A stretch of DNA of 64,000 bases from an uncultured Planctomycetota bacterium (GCA_963845755.1 CAWJTV010000011.1:320001-384000); one strand, 5' to 3'; counted from the stretch's first letter, positions 18,815 through 28,934 are shown. Numbers and translations are program-made. The notes: a model not told the origin generated them from the sequence alone.

Positions 18815-19852
18815 TCACGCAGAGTTCGAAACGAGCGGCAGGACGTCCTCCATCAACCGGACGAGGCTGTCGCAGACGAGCTCGTGCGCGAGTCCCGCCC
18901 AGCGGAGTTCGACGTTGGCGACATCGAACGGGACCCGGTCGTACAGGGCGCGGAGTTGACCTCGGACGGTCTCGGGCCCGCCGACGACGAAGTTGATGGG
19001 GTGGCCGCACAGGTCCTGGGGCCGCACGGGCTCGGGAGTGTCGGCGGGGATCTTTCCCTCCTGGCGGAACCGCCGCCAGAGGATGCGCAGGGCCGGCTCG
19101 GCCAGCGCGAAAGCTGTCGCGTCGTCCGGGCCGACGAACACCGGCCGGTTGGCGGCGATGAGTCCTGTGCCGCCCGACTCGCGATACGCCGAGACATATT
19201 GCCGGTATTGCTCGGGCGTGCGCAGGTGGGAGAACAGCATGTTGAACCCGAGCGACCCGGCAATCCGCGCCGAGCCCACACTATTGACCGCCTGCCAGCA
19301 TCGGCTCGCGAGGTCCGGGGCCGCGAGCGGCAACGGGCGGTGCGGCGGGATGTCGAAATAACACGGCGACGAATCGGCCTCGATCGCGCCCGCCGTGCCG
19401 ATTCCTTCGACGCTCCAGGCCGCGCGGATGATCCGCAGCGCCTCGGCAAACCGAGCGTGGCGCTCGTGCTCATCGGTCTCGGCCAGGCCGAAGAAGCCGA
19501 ACTCCTCCGGCGTGCTACCGCTCCCGAACCCGACGGCCATCCGGCCATTCGCCAGGACATCGGCGACGGCGACCTGCTCGGCGACGTCCAGCGGGTGGTG
19601 GAGGTTCAGGCAGATGATCGCCGTGCCCAGGCGAATCCGATGCGTCTGGCCGGCCAGGTGCAGCGCGAAGAGCAGGGGCGTCGGCAGGTGCCCGTGGTGC
19701 GCATGGGCATGATGCTCCGTGAACCAGGCATATTGCACGCCCAGCTCGTCGGCCAGCCGGACCAGCTCCGCCACCTCATCAAAGATCAACGACGACGAAC
19801 GATCCCGCGGTCCCTCGAGATGATCGGTCAGGCCAATGGTCAGTGAACTCAC
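18815..19852 (-). CDS. LLM-class (luciferase-like) flavin-dependent oxidoreductase
   Basis: AWFTEHH, LAGQTHRIRLGTAI, HPLDVAEQVAVADVLANGR. Confidence 0.9.
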   Translation of the reverse strand: MSSLTIGLTDHLEGPRDRSSSLIFDEVAELVRLADELGVQYAWFTEHHAHAHHGHLPTPLLFALHLAGQTHRIRLGTAIICLNLHHPLDVAEQVAVADVLANGRMAVGFGSGSTPEEFGFFGLAETDEHERHARFAEALRIIRAAWSVEGIGTAGAIEADSSPCYFDIPPHRPLPLAAPDLASRCWQAVNSVGSARIAGSLGFNMLFSHLRTPEQYRQYVSAYRESGGTGLIAANRPVFVGPDDATAFALAEPALRILWRRFRQEGKIPADTPEPVRPQDLCGHPINFVVGGPETVRGQLRALYDRVPFDVANVELRWAGLAHELVCDSLVRLMEDVLPLVSNSA

Positions 19853-20459
19853 GAAACGATCCTTAGCATCCTCGAGTCTTCAGCGTCGCCGCCCAGCTAC
19901 CCAGCATGGACACCGTACGCGAGAAACTCAAGGATGAAATCGCGCCGAGGAACCGGAGACCATCCCCGGTCCGAGGAAATCCTCGTCGATCGGGTCTCGG
20001 TCGATCGGCCGACATCCCTCGCGTTGGGGTTGACATGGAGCGAGCGACGGCTAAACTCGTGCCGCATTTCGGCCCCTCTCCGCGCCCACATTTCCTTTCG
20101 GGATCATTCATGATCACGGGAATCCTCGCCGTAGTTCCGCTCCATCCCCTCGCCGCCTTCATTCTGGCCGGGCGCGGTCGCCGCGCCTGAAGTCACGCGG
20201 TCGCTTCGCCGATAATGATGCGGGGTGTTGTGTCGACGCGATCCGGATGGTCTCGACGAGGGAGTTGGCCAGGCTGATGGTCCCCGATGACCGCATGGAA
20301 GCGACCGTCGATCCATCACGCATCCTTGCTAACGAGTGACGAGACGGGACATCAGGCCGCGCCGTCCCGACGGTGAGATCGAGCGATGTGACGCGATCGA
20401 AAGATGAACCAGGCTGGACCAATTTCTCAGAATATCTTGAACATGGACGTTCCTGTATT

Positions 20460-22106
20460 ATGAGATTCAGGCGATTATCAATTCCGCTACTCTCGAGCAT
20501 GATGGGCCTGATGTGGTCCCTTGCCGCCGCGGGGCAGGAGTCGCTCCCTCCGTTGCCCGATCCGGGGGTACCCGGCACGGCGGCTCCGCCGGTTGCGGGC
20601 GTGACGGGCGCGAGAGAAACGCAGTTGGAGGACGAGGTGCGCCAGCTCAAGGAGATGGTGCGCCAGCTCTCTACGCGCGTGGAGGAGCTCTCGGCAGCCC
20701 AGAAGCAGACCCCGCGACCGGGCGAGTCGTTATCCTACCAGGATGCCAGACCACCGGCTGGCGCCCCAACCACCGAGAACCGCGAGCGGACCCCCGAAGG
20801 CGGCGGCGGTGGCTCGCGGGCGGGCTATCAACAAGGAGTGGGGAATCGGAACCTCGGCGAGATCAAGTTGGATACCTTCTATGCCTATAATCGGGGAGGG
20901 TTCGAGTTTGCAACCGACGACAACGAGCTCACCCTGAAAGTACGGGCGCTCTTCCAGGCCGATACCAAGTACTTCGAGGGCTCGACCCAGAGCCCCGTTA
21001 GCAGCGGCTTCTCCGTCCCCCGGGCCCGTCTCTATTTCGACGGCTTCCTGACCAGGCCCATCGAATACCAGCTCTCGTTCCAGCAGAGCTACGACTCGTT
21101 CAACCTCCTGAATGCGTTTCTCAACTTCAATTACGATAAGAGGCTTCAATTACGCATGGGGCGTTTCAAGACGCCTTACACCTACGAATTCTACAAGATC
21201 AACGTCTGGGATTTGTATGCGCCCGAACGGTCGCTCTTCAGCAACAACTTCAGCCTGAACCGCCAGGTCGGGGCGATGGCCTGGGGCGAACTTCTCAACA
21301 ACTCGGTCGAATACGCGGTCGGGGCTTTCGATGGCCAGAGAAACTCCTATGCGCCCTTCAAGAACACGCCCGACGTCGTGGCATTCCTCAATATCAAGCC
21401 GTTCGAAACGGCGGCGCCCCCCTCGCGGTGGTCGTTCGTGAGGGACCTCAATTTCGGCGGCTCCCTCGACTGGGGCAATGAGAACAATCCCCTGCTCCCT
21501 GCCACGATGCGGACCTCGACGACCGGGAACAGCAATGGGCTTACGAGCACCTCCGGCGCGAATCTTACGAACCCTCCCTTCCTGAATTTCAACAACAACG
21601 TCACCGAGAAGGGGGCCAGGGCGCTCTGGGAGCTGCACATGGCTTATTACTACAAGAGCCTGTCGCTGCTCGGGGCCTGGGATGCCGGCTTCGATAGTTA
21701 TGCGGTCACGAACCAGCGGCCGGTCAAAGTGCCGGTCGACGGCTACTTCGTGCAGGCGGCCTACCTCATCACCGGCGAGACCCGGACGGCGACCGGCCTG
21801 ATCGACCCCCTCCGCCGCTTCGACCTGCGGCCCGGCCGGTTCGGCTGGGGCGCCTGGGAGCCATCGGCCCGTTTCAGCGATCTGGCGATCGGCAAGCAGA
21901 TTTTCACCGGGGGTTTTGTCGACCCGAACCTCTGGACGAATCGGGTTTACCAGGTGGACGTCGGCGTGAACTGGTATCTCAATCGTTTCATCAAGGCCTA
22001 CTTCGGCTGGGAATACTCCATGTACGGCCAGCCCATCTACTACAGCCCCGAGCACTTCACCAAGGCCAACAGCCTGTACTGGATGCGTCTTCAGGCTTTC
22101 TTCTGA
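20460..22106 (+). CDS. Outer-membrane porin, OprO/OprP-like
   Basis: Signal peptide, coiled coil, RARLYFDG, MGRFKTP, GVNWYLN, C-terminal Phe. Confidence 0.82.
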   Translation: MRFRRLSIPLLSSMMGLMWSLAAAGQESLPPLPDPGVPGTAAPPVAGVTGARETQLEDEVRQLKEMVRQLSTRVEELSAAQKQTPRPGESLSYQDARPPAGAPTTENRERTPEGGGGGSRAGYQQGVGNRNLGEIKLDTFYAYNRGGFEFATDDNELTLKVRALFQADTKYFEGSTQSPVSSGFSVPRARLYFDGFLTRPIEYQLSFQQSYDSFNLLNAFLNFNYDKRLQLRMGRFKTPYTYEFYKINVWDLYAPERSLFSNNFSLNRQVGAMAWGELLNNSVEYAVGAFDGQRNSYAPFKNTPDVVAFLNIKPFETAAPPSRWSFVRDLNFGGSLDWGNENNPLLPATMRTSTTGNSNGLTSTSGANLTNPPFLNFNNNVTEKGARALWELHMAYYYKSLSLLGAWDAGFDSYAVTNQRPVKVPVDGYFVQAAYLITGETRTATGLIDPLRRFDLRPGRFGWGAWEPSARFSDLAIGKQIFTGGFVDPNLWTNRVYQVDVGVNWYLNRFIKAYFGWEYSMYGQPIYYSPEHFTKANSLYWMRLQAFF

Positions 22107-22124
22107 GGCAGTCGAAGGAAGAGC

Positions 22125-22290
22125 GGCAGGGACTACTGAGCACCTCCACTCCGGGGAACGCCCGATCTCGATCGGCGCGTGATGGCCCTCTCCGGATCGT
22201 CGGCCATTGCCTTTTGGCGATGATCGCGGCCAGAATCGGGGGAGTGGCGACTCCGCTGGTCTCCGTCGCGCACGGCGAGCGGCGGGATCG
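22125..22290 (+). pseudogene. 3' remnant of a paralog of the downstream membrane protein
   Basis: 22181+ reads DGPLRIVGHCLLAMIAARIGGVATPLVS vs EDPFLIVGHCLLALMAAGLGGVLAPRVS at the end of 22365-23681. Confidence 0.72.
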
Positions 22291-22364
22291 CGGATGCCCC
22301 CGCGCCCGACCCATCCCACTGACCGAAGTCAACGCGAGAAGCCGGCAATGGGGAAGACCTCATC

Positions 22365-23681
22365 ATGCGTAAGTTCCGCTTCTCGATCGGCGGACTCATG
22401 GCGGTCGTGTCGGTGCTGGCGATCGGCTTCGCCGCATTGAAGAACGCCAACGAGACCTGGGCCGGCGCGATGTTCCTGTTGACGTGCGGCGTGATGGGCC
22501 TTGCGGTCGTCGGCGTCATCTGCCGGCGAGAGGCCGAGCGCGCGTGGTGGCTCGGCTTCGCCCTGTTCGGCTGGGGCTACATGGCCCTGGCGTTCTGGCC
22601 ATCGGAGTCCTTGCCGAAACTGCCGACAATGAGCCTGCTCGAATGGCTTCAATCGCTCTTCGGCGCAGCCCCCGAGGTTCAAGCCTTCGTCCTCCGTGTG
22701 GGCGGGGGATTTGGGGGCGGCTTCCCCTTGGCGGCACCTTCCGCAAGTTCCCAGATCGGCCATTCCCTCTGGGCTCTGCTGGTCGCCGTGCTCGGGGGCC
22801 TGCTGTCCCAGGCCTTGTTCGGCCCTCCAGAGAGTCGTCCCGAGAGTCCCGATTCCGCCGCACAGTCGAGAGCCCAGCCGCCCCCGAACACGTGGCTCCG
22901 GCCGGCGGTCGTCATTCTATTGGTCTCGATCCTGGCGACATCGGTAATCGCGCTCTGGGGAAGGTCGGCGGCCGGAGTCTGGGCCGGCGCCGCGTTCTTG
23001 CTGACGTGCGGCCTGCTCGGGGTGGTGATCCTCGGCGCGCTGTTAAGCACCGGGCGGCGCCGTGAGGTCTGCATGGGCGTTGCCCTGTTTGGCATCGGCT
23101 ACCTGTTCCTGGCGTTCGGCCGATTCACCTCGGATTGGCCGCGGCCGGGGCTCGCCATCGATCCGCTCCTCAACGCCATCCGACCGTGGTTTCCGCTCGT
23201 CCCCACGAGTACCGTCGCTGCGAACGCCCGCATCCTGAAGTTGCTGGACCAGCCGATCCCGATGCACTTTTTCCATGAGATACCGCTGGAGGACGTGCTG
23301 AAATACATCCAGCAGGCCACGTCATCTCCGGGTTACGCCGGCATCCCGATCTACGTCGATCCGCACGGCCTGCAAGAAGCCGAACGCACGCTCTGGTCGA
23401 CCGTCTACCAGATCGACCTCGAGGGTGTCCCCTTGAAAGCGACCTTGCGACTCTGCCTGAAACAGCTCGGCCTCGGCTTTAGCGTGAGGGACGGTTTCCT
23501 GCTGATCACCAACGAGGACGCCGTCTCATCGAACCTGGAGGATCCGTTCCTGATCGTCGGCCATTGCCTCCTGGCATTGATGGCGGCCGGTCTGGGTGGC
23601 GTGTTGGCCCCGCGAGTCTCCATCGGGCAGCGCGAGTGGCCCGGGCGCGCCGGGATCGACGATGCCGCTGCGACCGATTGA
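22365..23681 (+). CDS. Planctomycete-type multi-TM membrane protein with internal duplication and STN-like periplasmic segment
   Basis: RFSIGGLM start; WAGA.FLLTCG...G.ALFG.GY repeated twice; IPLEDVLKYI...GVPLKATLRLCLKQLGL. Confidence 0.75.
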   Translation: MRKFRFSIGGLMAVVSVLAIGFAALKNANETWAGAMFLLTCGVMGLAVVGVICRREAERAWWLGFALFGWGYMALAFWPSESLPKLPTMSLLEWLQSLFGAAPEVQAFVLRVGGGFGGGFPLAAPSASSQIGHSLWALLVAVLGGLLSQALFGPPESRPESPDSAAQSRAQPPPNTWLRPAVVILLVSILATSVIALWGRSAAGVWAGAAFLLTCGLLGVVILGALLSTGRRREVCMGVALFGIGYLFLAFGRFTSDWPRPGLAIDPLLNAIRPWFPLVPTSTVAANARILKLLDQPIPMHFFHEIPLEDVLKYIQQATSSPGYAGIPIYVDPHGLQEAERTLWSTVYQIDLEGVPLKATLRLCLKQLGLGFSVRDGFLLITNEDAVSSNLEDPFLIVGHCLLALMAAGLGGVLAPRVSIGQREWPGRAGIDDAAATD

Positions 23682-23692
23682 GCCTCCGAGGA

Positions 23693-24163
23693 TCAAGCCG
23701 GTCGGTCGGCGGGCGCGAGATAGGGAAGGCTCGAGCGATCCGCCGCGGAATCCCCGTTGGTGCCGGCAGGGCTCTCCGTGACCCATTGGCGGATCAGATC
23801 GCATGCTTTTGATAGTGTCGCCTCCGTGAGTGAGCATGAAATCACGAGCTCGTGGATTTCCTCCGGTTCGCCCTTCGCGAACGTGTTGAACCAGGAAACG
23901 ATCTCTTCCGAATCACTCGTCGGCTCGAATTGAATGACGCGAACTCCGACCCGCCCGACCGGATCGGCGGCGCTGAAGATGGGGTTGGCGTCACGGCACG
24001 GTGTGCCGTCAACGAATGTGGTAGTGTAGAAAGGAGATTCCCAAGAGCCGGTCAGGCCGGCCTGTTGGACTAACTCACGCCATTTCTCAGCCCATAATGC
24101 TTCCGCCTGGTCGTATAGCCGAGGATCGCGCAAGAAATCAGGGAATAAAGGTTGGTCTTTCAT
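23693..24163 (-). CDS. Hypothetical protein, acidic
   Basis: 156-aa ORF, lower GC than flanks, ATGA overlap with upstream ORF. Confidence 0.6.
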   Translation of the reverse strand: MKDQPLFPDFLRDPRLYDQAEALWAEKWRELVQQAGLTGSWESPFYTTTFVDGTPCRDANPIFSAADPVGRVGVRVIQFEPTSDSEEIVSWFNTFAKGEPEEIHELVISCSLTEATLSKACDLIRQWVTESPAGTNGDSAADRSSLPYLAPADRPA

Positions 24164-24399
24164 GATTCACTTCTCTTCTTGGTTGACTGGCCATCATCCT
24201 GAACACAAGCTCTTCCCCTGAGAATCTCGAGATTCACGCGGATCTCTCCCATGGGCGGTTGAGGGTATGATCTGAGGCAACGCCCCCAGATACCACCGGT
24301 CTTCGCCGATTGCTCGACAATCCGTCTCAATTGAGCAAATCCTTTATCTCGGACTCTCCTCTCCTTGGGCGTAAGTTGGGCCTCCCGCTCAATCCCCAT
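24160..24399 (-). CDS. Short basic hypothetical protein, possibly 5'-truncated
   Basis: 79-aa ORF, lower GC, translationally coupled to 23693-24163. Confidence 0.4.
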   Translation of the reverse strand: MGIEREAQLTPKERRVRDKGFAQLRRIVEQSAKTGGIWGRCLRSYPQPPMGEIRVNLEILRGRACVQDDGQSTKKRSES

Positions 24400-24953
24400 G
24401 CATCGCCCGCAGCCGTGGTGAGAGTCTCAGGATGAGCTGGGCGCGTTTCGAACTCGGCCAGCCATTCGGCGATGACGGCGGCGAGGGCCTCGTCGGGGGG
24501 TGGGACCAGTCCCGTCGGGCAGGCCGGGCCGAGCTGCTCGGCGGCCATCCGCCGGTAGGTCGAGAGCGTCCGCTCGCCATACCGCGACACTTCGAAACCG
24601 TCCTCACTCAGGAAGACCACGACCGGGACACGATGGCCGCCGTTGATGGATAAGGCTTCGCGCACCTCGGGCTTGATATCGCGGTCGAGGAAGCGCAGGT
24701 CGATCCGGGATGAGGCACCTGCGAGGTGATCGAAGACCGGGCACTGGTTGATGCAATCGCCGCACCAGGCGCCGGCCAGGCAGAGCACCGGCATGTTTCG
24801 CGCGAAACCGTTGAGCAGCCGTCGCTGGTCGGTCGTGAGCGCGAATCGTTTGTGCATGGCGTCCCAGCGCGCGCGTTGCGACGGGCTCGCGTACCGGTCC
24901 AGGAATGCTGTGTAAGGCAAGGCTTCGGCGAAGAGGTTCGACCAGGTGTTCAT
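24389..24953 (-). CDS. Thioredoxin-family protein; frameshift near 24450
   Basis: LAGAWCGDC, GGHRVPVVVF; true C-terminus RAQLILRLSPRLRAMHGD lies in another frame ending 24389. Confidence 0.85.
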
Positions 24954-25052
24954 TTTCCGTTTTCAGTTTCCGGTGTTCCGTGTTCAGTCAGGAAGACGAA
25001 AGCGATCGAGGACTATTCTCTACGGAACACGGAAGGCCGGAAACTGAACGCT
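24954..25052. repeat. Degenerate heptamer inverted array
   Basis: tttccgt tttcagt ttccggt gttccgt gttcagt ... acggaac acggaag gccggaa actgaac. Confidence 0.75.
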
Positions 25053-25055
25053 TGA

Positions 25056-25682
25056 TCAAATCCACCCCAGCGCGGCCAGCGCGGCGAGGTGCTTGCAATG
25101 CGCCTTGCGGCTGTCGCCGTTCTCGGCGATCTGGTAGATCCACTCGGCGCAGTCGCACTGGGTGGCGCCATCGGCGAGCCGGCAGACGTAATACGGCCCG
25201 TCCTCGAGCGGCGGGTGGAGGCGCGTCAGCCGCCACTGGACGGGCGCCAGCTCCGTGCCCGCAACCCGCGCGGTGCAGTAGGTCTGGCCGGCGATCGCGA
25301 TCAGCACGACTGTCGGCGCGTTCTGGGTAGAGTGCGCCGGGTCTTCACCGATTTTCAGAACCACCAGCGGCGGTTGCTTCAAGGCGGCTTCGAGAGTCCT
25401 GGTGCCCAGTTCGGCCCGAAGCCGCTCCCACGACCATCGGGCTTCGTTCAAGGCGTTGCGAAAGTGCCAGGTCGTGGGATGAAAGGCCCCGAGGGCGGCC
25501 TCGGCCGCCTCGAGATCGGCCGCCGAGACGTCCAGGATCATCCGGCCCCGTTGCGCCAGCTCCGCCGCACGGCGCTGGGGGTCGGACTCGTCGCGGTCGT
25601 GCAACGATCGCGGCCGGAATGGCGGCGCGGCCGGGACCGGCGCCGCGGCCGCTAGCGGCCGGGCGGTCTGGTCATTCCTCAT
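25056..25682 (-). CDS. SWIM-type zinc-finger protein
   Basis: C-terminal YYV...CDC.EW...HCKHLAAL. Confidence 0.7.
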   Translation of the reverse strand: MRNDQTARPLAAAAPVPAAPPFRPRSLHDRDESDPQRRAAELAQRGRMILDVSAADLEAAEAALGAFHPTTWHFRNALNEARWSWERLRAELGTRTLEAALKQPPLVVLKIGEDPAHSTQNAPTVVLIAIAGQTYCTARVAGTELAPVQWRLTRLHPPLEDGPYYVCRLADGATQCDCAEWIYQIAENGDSRKAHCKHLAALAALGWI

Positions 25683-25939
25683 CGGCCCTTAACCTCCGAT
25701 GCTCGGAGCCAGATAAACGTAGTGCCGGGCGCGCCGGCCTGGGAATGCTCGGCCGCCACCGCCGCCACCACCCGGTAACCGCGTCCCTGCCAGGTCACCT
25801 CTTGACCCGCCGTCCACACCGCGCCCCGGGGGCCGTGATCCATCGCGACGAGGCAGACCTCGCGGATCGTCGGCCGGCTCGCCTTCTGACCACGGCCAGC
25901 CCGTCGCGCCGGCCGTAACGTGCCCAGTCCGTTCGCCAT
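25679..25939 (-). CDS. Small hypothetical protein coupled to SWIM gene
   Basis: GGAGG RBS before ATG 25939; ATGA overlap with 25682. Confidence 0.55.
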   Translation of the reverse strand: MANGLGTLRPARRAGRGQKASRPTIREVCLVAMDHGPRGAVWTAGQEVTWQGRGYRVVAAVAAEHSQAGAPGTTFIWLRASEVKGR

Positions 25940-25997
25940 CGCCAAACCCCCTCCCTGCCGCACGCGCAAGATGCTGATCAAACGAATTCCGACCTTA

Positions 25998-26034
25998 CGT
26001 TCACGAGTGTACTGAACGGCAGGATGGGATTCAA
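25998..26034 (-). promoter_or_regulatory. sigma70-like promoter with palindromic operator
   Basis: TTGAAT-17-TACACT on minus strand; CGTTCA-N9-TGAACG (25998-26018) straddles the -10. Confidence 0.6.
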
Positions 26035-26050
26035 GGGGTACTTGGACTAA

Positions 26051-26170
26051 GAGTCTGTCCCAGAAGGGCGAGCGGGGGGCGTCAGCTCCCTGTCCGGTGA
26101 GCGACGGACCTCCAAGACAGGGGGCTGACGCCCCCCGCTCGCTCGGACCGGCCCCTTCTGGGACGGACTC
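26051..26170. mobile_element. 120-bp MITE-like element with internal REP-like hairpin
   Basis: TIR GAGTCTGTCCCAGAAGGG / CCCTTCTGGGACGGACTC (17/18), flanked by TAA direct repeat. Confidence 0.78.
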
Positions 26171-28110
26171 TAACGGGAATGACTGCGGGCGGTGGCGTAG
26201 GCGTCGAGGATCCCGGATCGTCCGGGGTGGATCACCTCCAGGCCGAGCTTGGAAAGGACGGGTCGGGAGAGGCGTTGATCGGTGCCGGCGAGGATGATCA
26301 GGCGCTGGCCGTCGGGGAGATTGAAGAGGTCGGCGACATCGCCGAGGTCGACCTGAGGGAGGTGGGGCAGGGCGGTCCTGAGGATGAAACGGAGGCGGCC
26401 GCCGGGTGAAGGCCCCTCCGTGAACGGTCCGGTGCCGGCTCGGGCCGCGGTGGCCGTCGACGAGGGCGGGCTGACGACGGCGACGACCTGGAACGGATTC
26501 TCGCGGTTGCGGCGGAGGATCATGGTGCGGAGCACCAGCAGGTCGCGGTCAATGCCGTGGCGGAACATCACTTCGAGGATGCCATCGACGGCGGCCAGCG
26601 CCAGGACGACCAGCAGGAACGCGCCCAGGACCGAACGCTGGCGGTCATCGCGACGGCGGGCCCAGCGATCGAGCGCGCGAATGAGACAAACGAAGACGAC
26701 CACCAGATCCAGGGCCAGGTGCAGTCCCAGCGCGGTGGCGGCATCGGCCCGGCCATGGAAAACGTGGTCGACGGCGTCGCGCACGCCGGCGCTGGACCAC
26801 CAGGCGACGGATACCGCCGTCGCCGGCGCCAGCCAGGTGAGGGTGCGGACCGGGATGCGGCGGTTGACGAGGTCGGCGATGGTTTGCGCGGCCAGCAGAC
26901 TGAGCGGCACCAGCAGGACGAGGTCGAAGGCACTGTGCGGCCCGCTGGGCCAGACCGACGGCGCCAGCGCGGCGACCGCCAACCAGACCACCCAGAGCGA
27001 GCCGCCCACCGTCTCGCGCATGTTCGACTCGTCAACCAGGGCCAACCGGGTCGCCCGCACCGCCCCGTACAGGCCCAACGGGAGCGTCACCGGCGCCAGC
27101 TCGATCAACCGCGCCGGCAGGCTCAGGCCGCGTTCCATCAGCAACTGCTCGGGGGGAATCCGCAGCGCCGCGATGGCCGACCAGCCGTAGGTCCGGACCA
27201 TCAGGACGAACCAGGGCGAGGCCACGAGCACGGCGATCGCCAGGGCCAGCAGGGCGTTGACCCGGCCCGGCGTGTCCCGCCAGGAGAGCCGCCAGCGCCG
27301 GGGCCGGGCGCCGGCCGGGGTCGGCGCGGCGATGCCCCTGAGATAATACTGGTGCAGCAGGATGATCGGGATGACGATCAGGGCCAGTCCGCCCATCGCC
27401 AGCAAGGCCACGCCCATCGCGAGTCCGCCAGCGATCGTCCAGGCGACCGGGCCGGCCCAGGGCCAGGGCCGCAACGACTCGGCGGTCACGCGTTCGTGCC
27501 AGCCGTAGGCCAGCAGCACGGCGAGGACTCCGCAGAGCGCCAGCGTGCTGGGCGTCGCCTCCTGCATGCGCAGGAGCAGGTTCTGGTTGAATCCCACCAG
27601 GACCGCCGCCGTCAGGCCGAGCCCCGCGCCCCGCCAGAGCCGGGCATGGAGATACACCAGCACGACGGCGAGCCCGCCGGCCACGTAGCTGGGCAGGACG
27701 CTGGCCATCGGGTCGCGGTCGTCGTCGAGCCAGAACAGGCCGGCCTCGAGCCAGGCGAAGAGCGGCGGCTGGAACGCCACCGCGCGATACGCCGCCGACT
27801 CCTGCGCCGGCTTGATCGCGGCCGTCGCGGGGATCTGGTCCAGCACCATCCCATCCAGCACGGCCAGGCTCCGCAGGCCCCAGAGCGGGCCCGGGGGCGT
27901 CAGGTCCCAGGCATTCAGGGCCAACATCCCCGGCAGCACCGCGACCAGTACGACCAGCGGGAAGACCATCACCGACCGCGGCGCCGGCCGGAACAGTGGC
28001 CGGGCCAACGGCGCCGCGCTGACCTTGAGCCGGTCCCAGGTACCGGCGCGGCCCCGATCCGACAGGACCACGGTCTCACCCCGCCATCGTACGGACTCGT
28101 CGGCATCCAT
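26170..28110 (-). CDS. ArnT/PMT-like (GT-C) membrane glycosyltransferase
   Basis: Multi-TM; FQPPLFAWLEA, GLTAAVLV, VASPWF segments typical of ArnT family. Confidence 0.72.
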   Translation of the reverse strand: MDADESVRWRGETVVLSDRGRAGTWDRLKVSAAPLARPLFRPAPRSVMVFPLVVLVAVLPGMLALNAWDLTPPGPLWGLRSLAVLDGMVLDQIPATAAIKPAQESAAYRAVAFQPPLFAWLEAGLFWLDDDRDPMASVLPSYVAGGLAVVLVYLHARLWRGAGLGLTAAVLVGFNQNLLLRMQEATPSTLALCGVLAVLLAYGWHERVTAESLRPWPWAGPVAWTIAGGLAMGVALLAMGGLALIVIPIILLHQYYLRGIAAPTPAGARPRRWRLSWRDTPGRVNALLALAIAVLVASPWFVLMVRTYGWSAIAALRIPPEQLLMERGLSLPARLIELAPVTLPLGLYGAVRATRLALVDESNMRETVGGSLWVVWLAVAALAPSVWPSGPHSAFDLVLLVPLSLLAAQTIADLVNRRIPVRTLTWLAPATAVSVAWWSSAGVRDAVDHVFHGRADAATALGLHLALDLVVVFVCLIRALDRWARRRDDRQRSVLGAFLLVVLALAAVDGILEVMFRHGIDRDLLVLRTMILRRNRENPFQVVAVVSPPSSTATAARAGTGPFTEGPSPGGRLRFILRTALPHLPQVDLGDVADLFNLPDGQRLIILAGTDQRLSRPVLSKLGLEVIHPGRSGILDAYATARSHSR

Positions 28111-28325
28111 ACGCCCACCCCCATACCACGCCGGCCGAACGCCGACTGTGCCGTCGCGCCGTCTCCTTCGCGGTCCCGCGTCCTGCCGGGACCGCCCGCG
28201 CGAACCTTACCATAATTCGGCAATCCGTGGGATAGCCGTTCTCCCCGGTTGCCGCGATCGGGGAAGATCGTCGTGACGGCCCCGTTCGACCGACCACCGT
28301 GAGGCCCCGGCCCGTTCGCTCGACT

Positions 28326-28876
28326 CTACTGGAAGAACCGCCGCACGGCGATGCGGAACTCACCCAGAAGGTCGGGGACCGTCAACTCGTCATCCGGCCC
28401 CAACTCCCGAGGACGCTGGTCGGGCGGAAGACATGCGCGGTCTCGGAATCGGGATCGAGGACGATCACGACGCCGACTCCAGGTTGCAGGTATTCATCAA
28501 CCTTGGTCACGATGTCGCCCCACCGATCGTCCGGCGAACGAACCTCGACGACCAGATCGGGGGGCACGTCGAGGTAACCGCGCCGAATCGGTCCCTTCGG
28601 GACCTTCGCATAGCTATAGAAGGCGACGTCGGCTCCTCGCACGGTGTCGGGATCCCGCTCGGTGATCACGCCCGAGTCGTTACAGAGGACGTGGCCGAGG
28701 TCGTGCTGGCCAACGTGAACTCGCAGCAGGAAATGGGCCTCACCACAGATCTGTCCATGCCGTGGGGCGGGTGGAGGCATCGTCACAATCCTCCCGTGAA
28801 CGAGTTCCTCGGGATACCCGGGATCGGGTCGGCTGCCGAACTCTTCGGCAGTGAGCAAGTCCAAGGCGGTGGCCAT
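28326..28876 (-). CDS. Uma2 (DUF820) family endonuclease-like protein; frameshift near 28428
   Basis: ELVHGRIV.MPPP..RHG, VRGADVAF, PDLVVEVRSP; C-terminus LTVPDLLGEFRIAVRRFFQ in shifted frame. Confidence 0.88.
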
Positions 28877-28934
28877 GGTTGTGCCTCCGGTCTGACGAGG
28901 TGGGATTCTGGCTCGGACCGCGGCGTCGTCCGGC

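Noticed and set aside
17010..19010. Long antisense or alternate-frame ORFs (also 15014-16531, 26557-28215, 40752-42200, 58976-60478)
   Set aside because: Shadow ORFs expected in high-GC DNA opposite well-supported genes; no recognisable motifs
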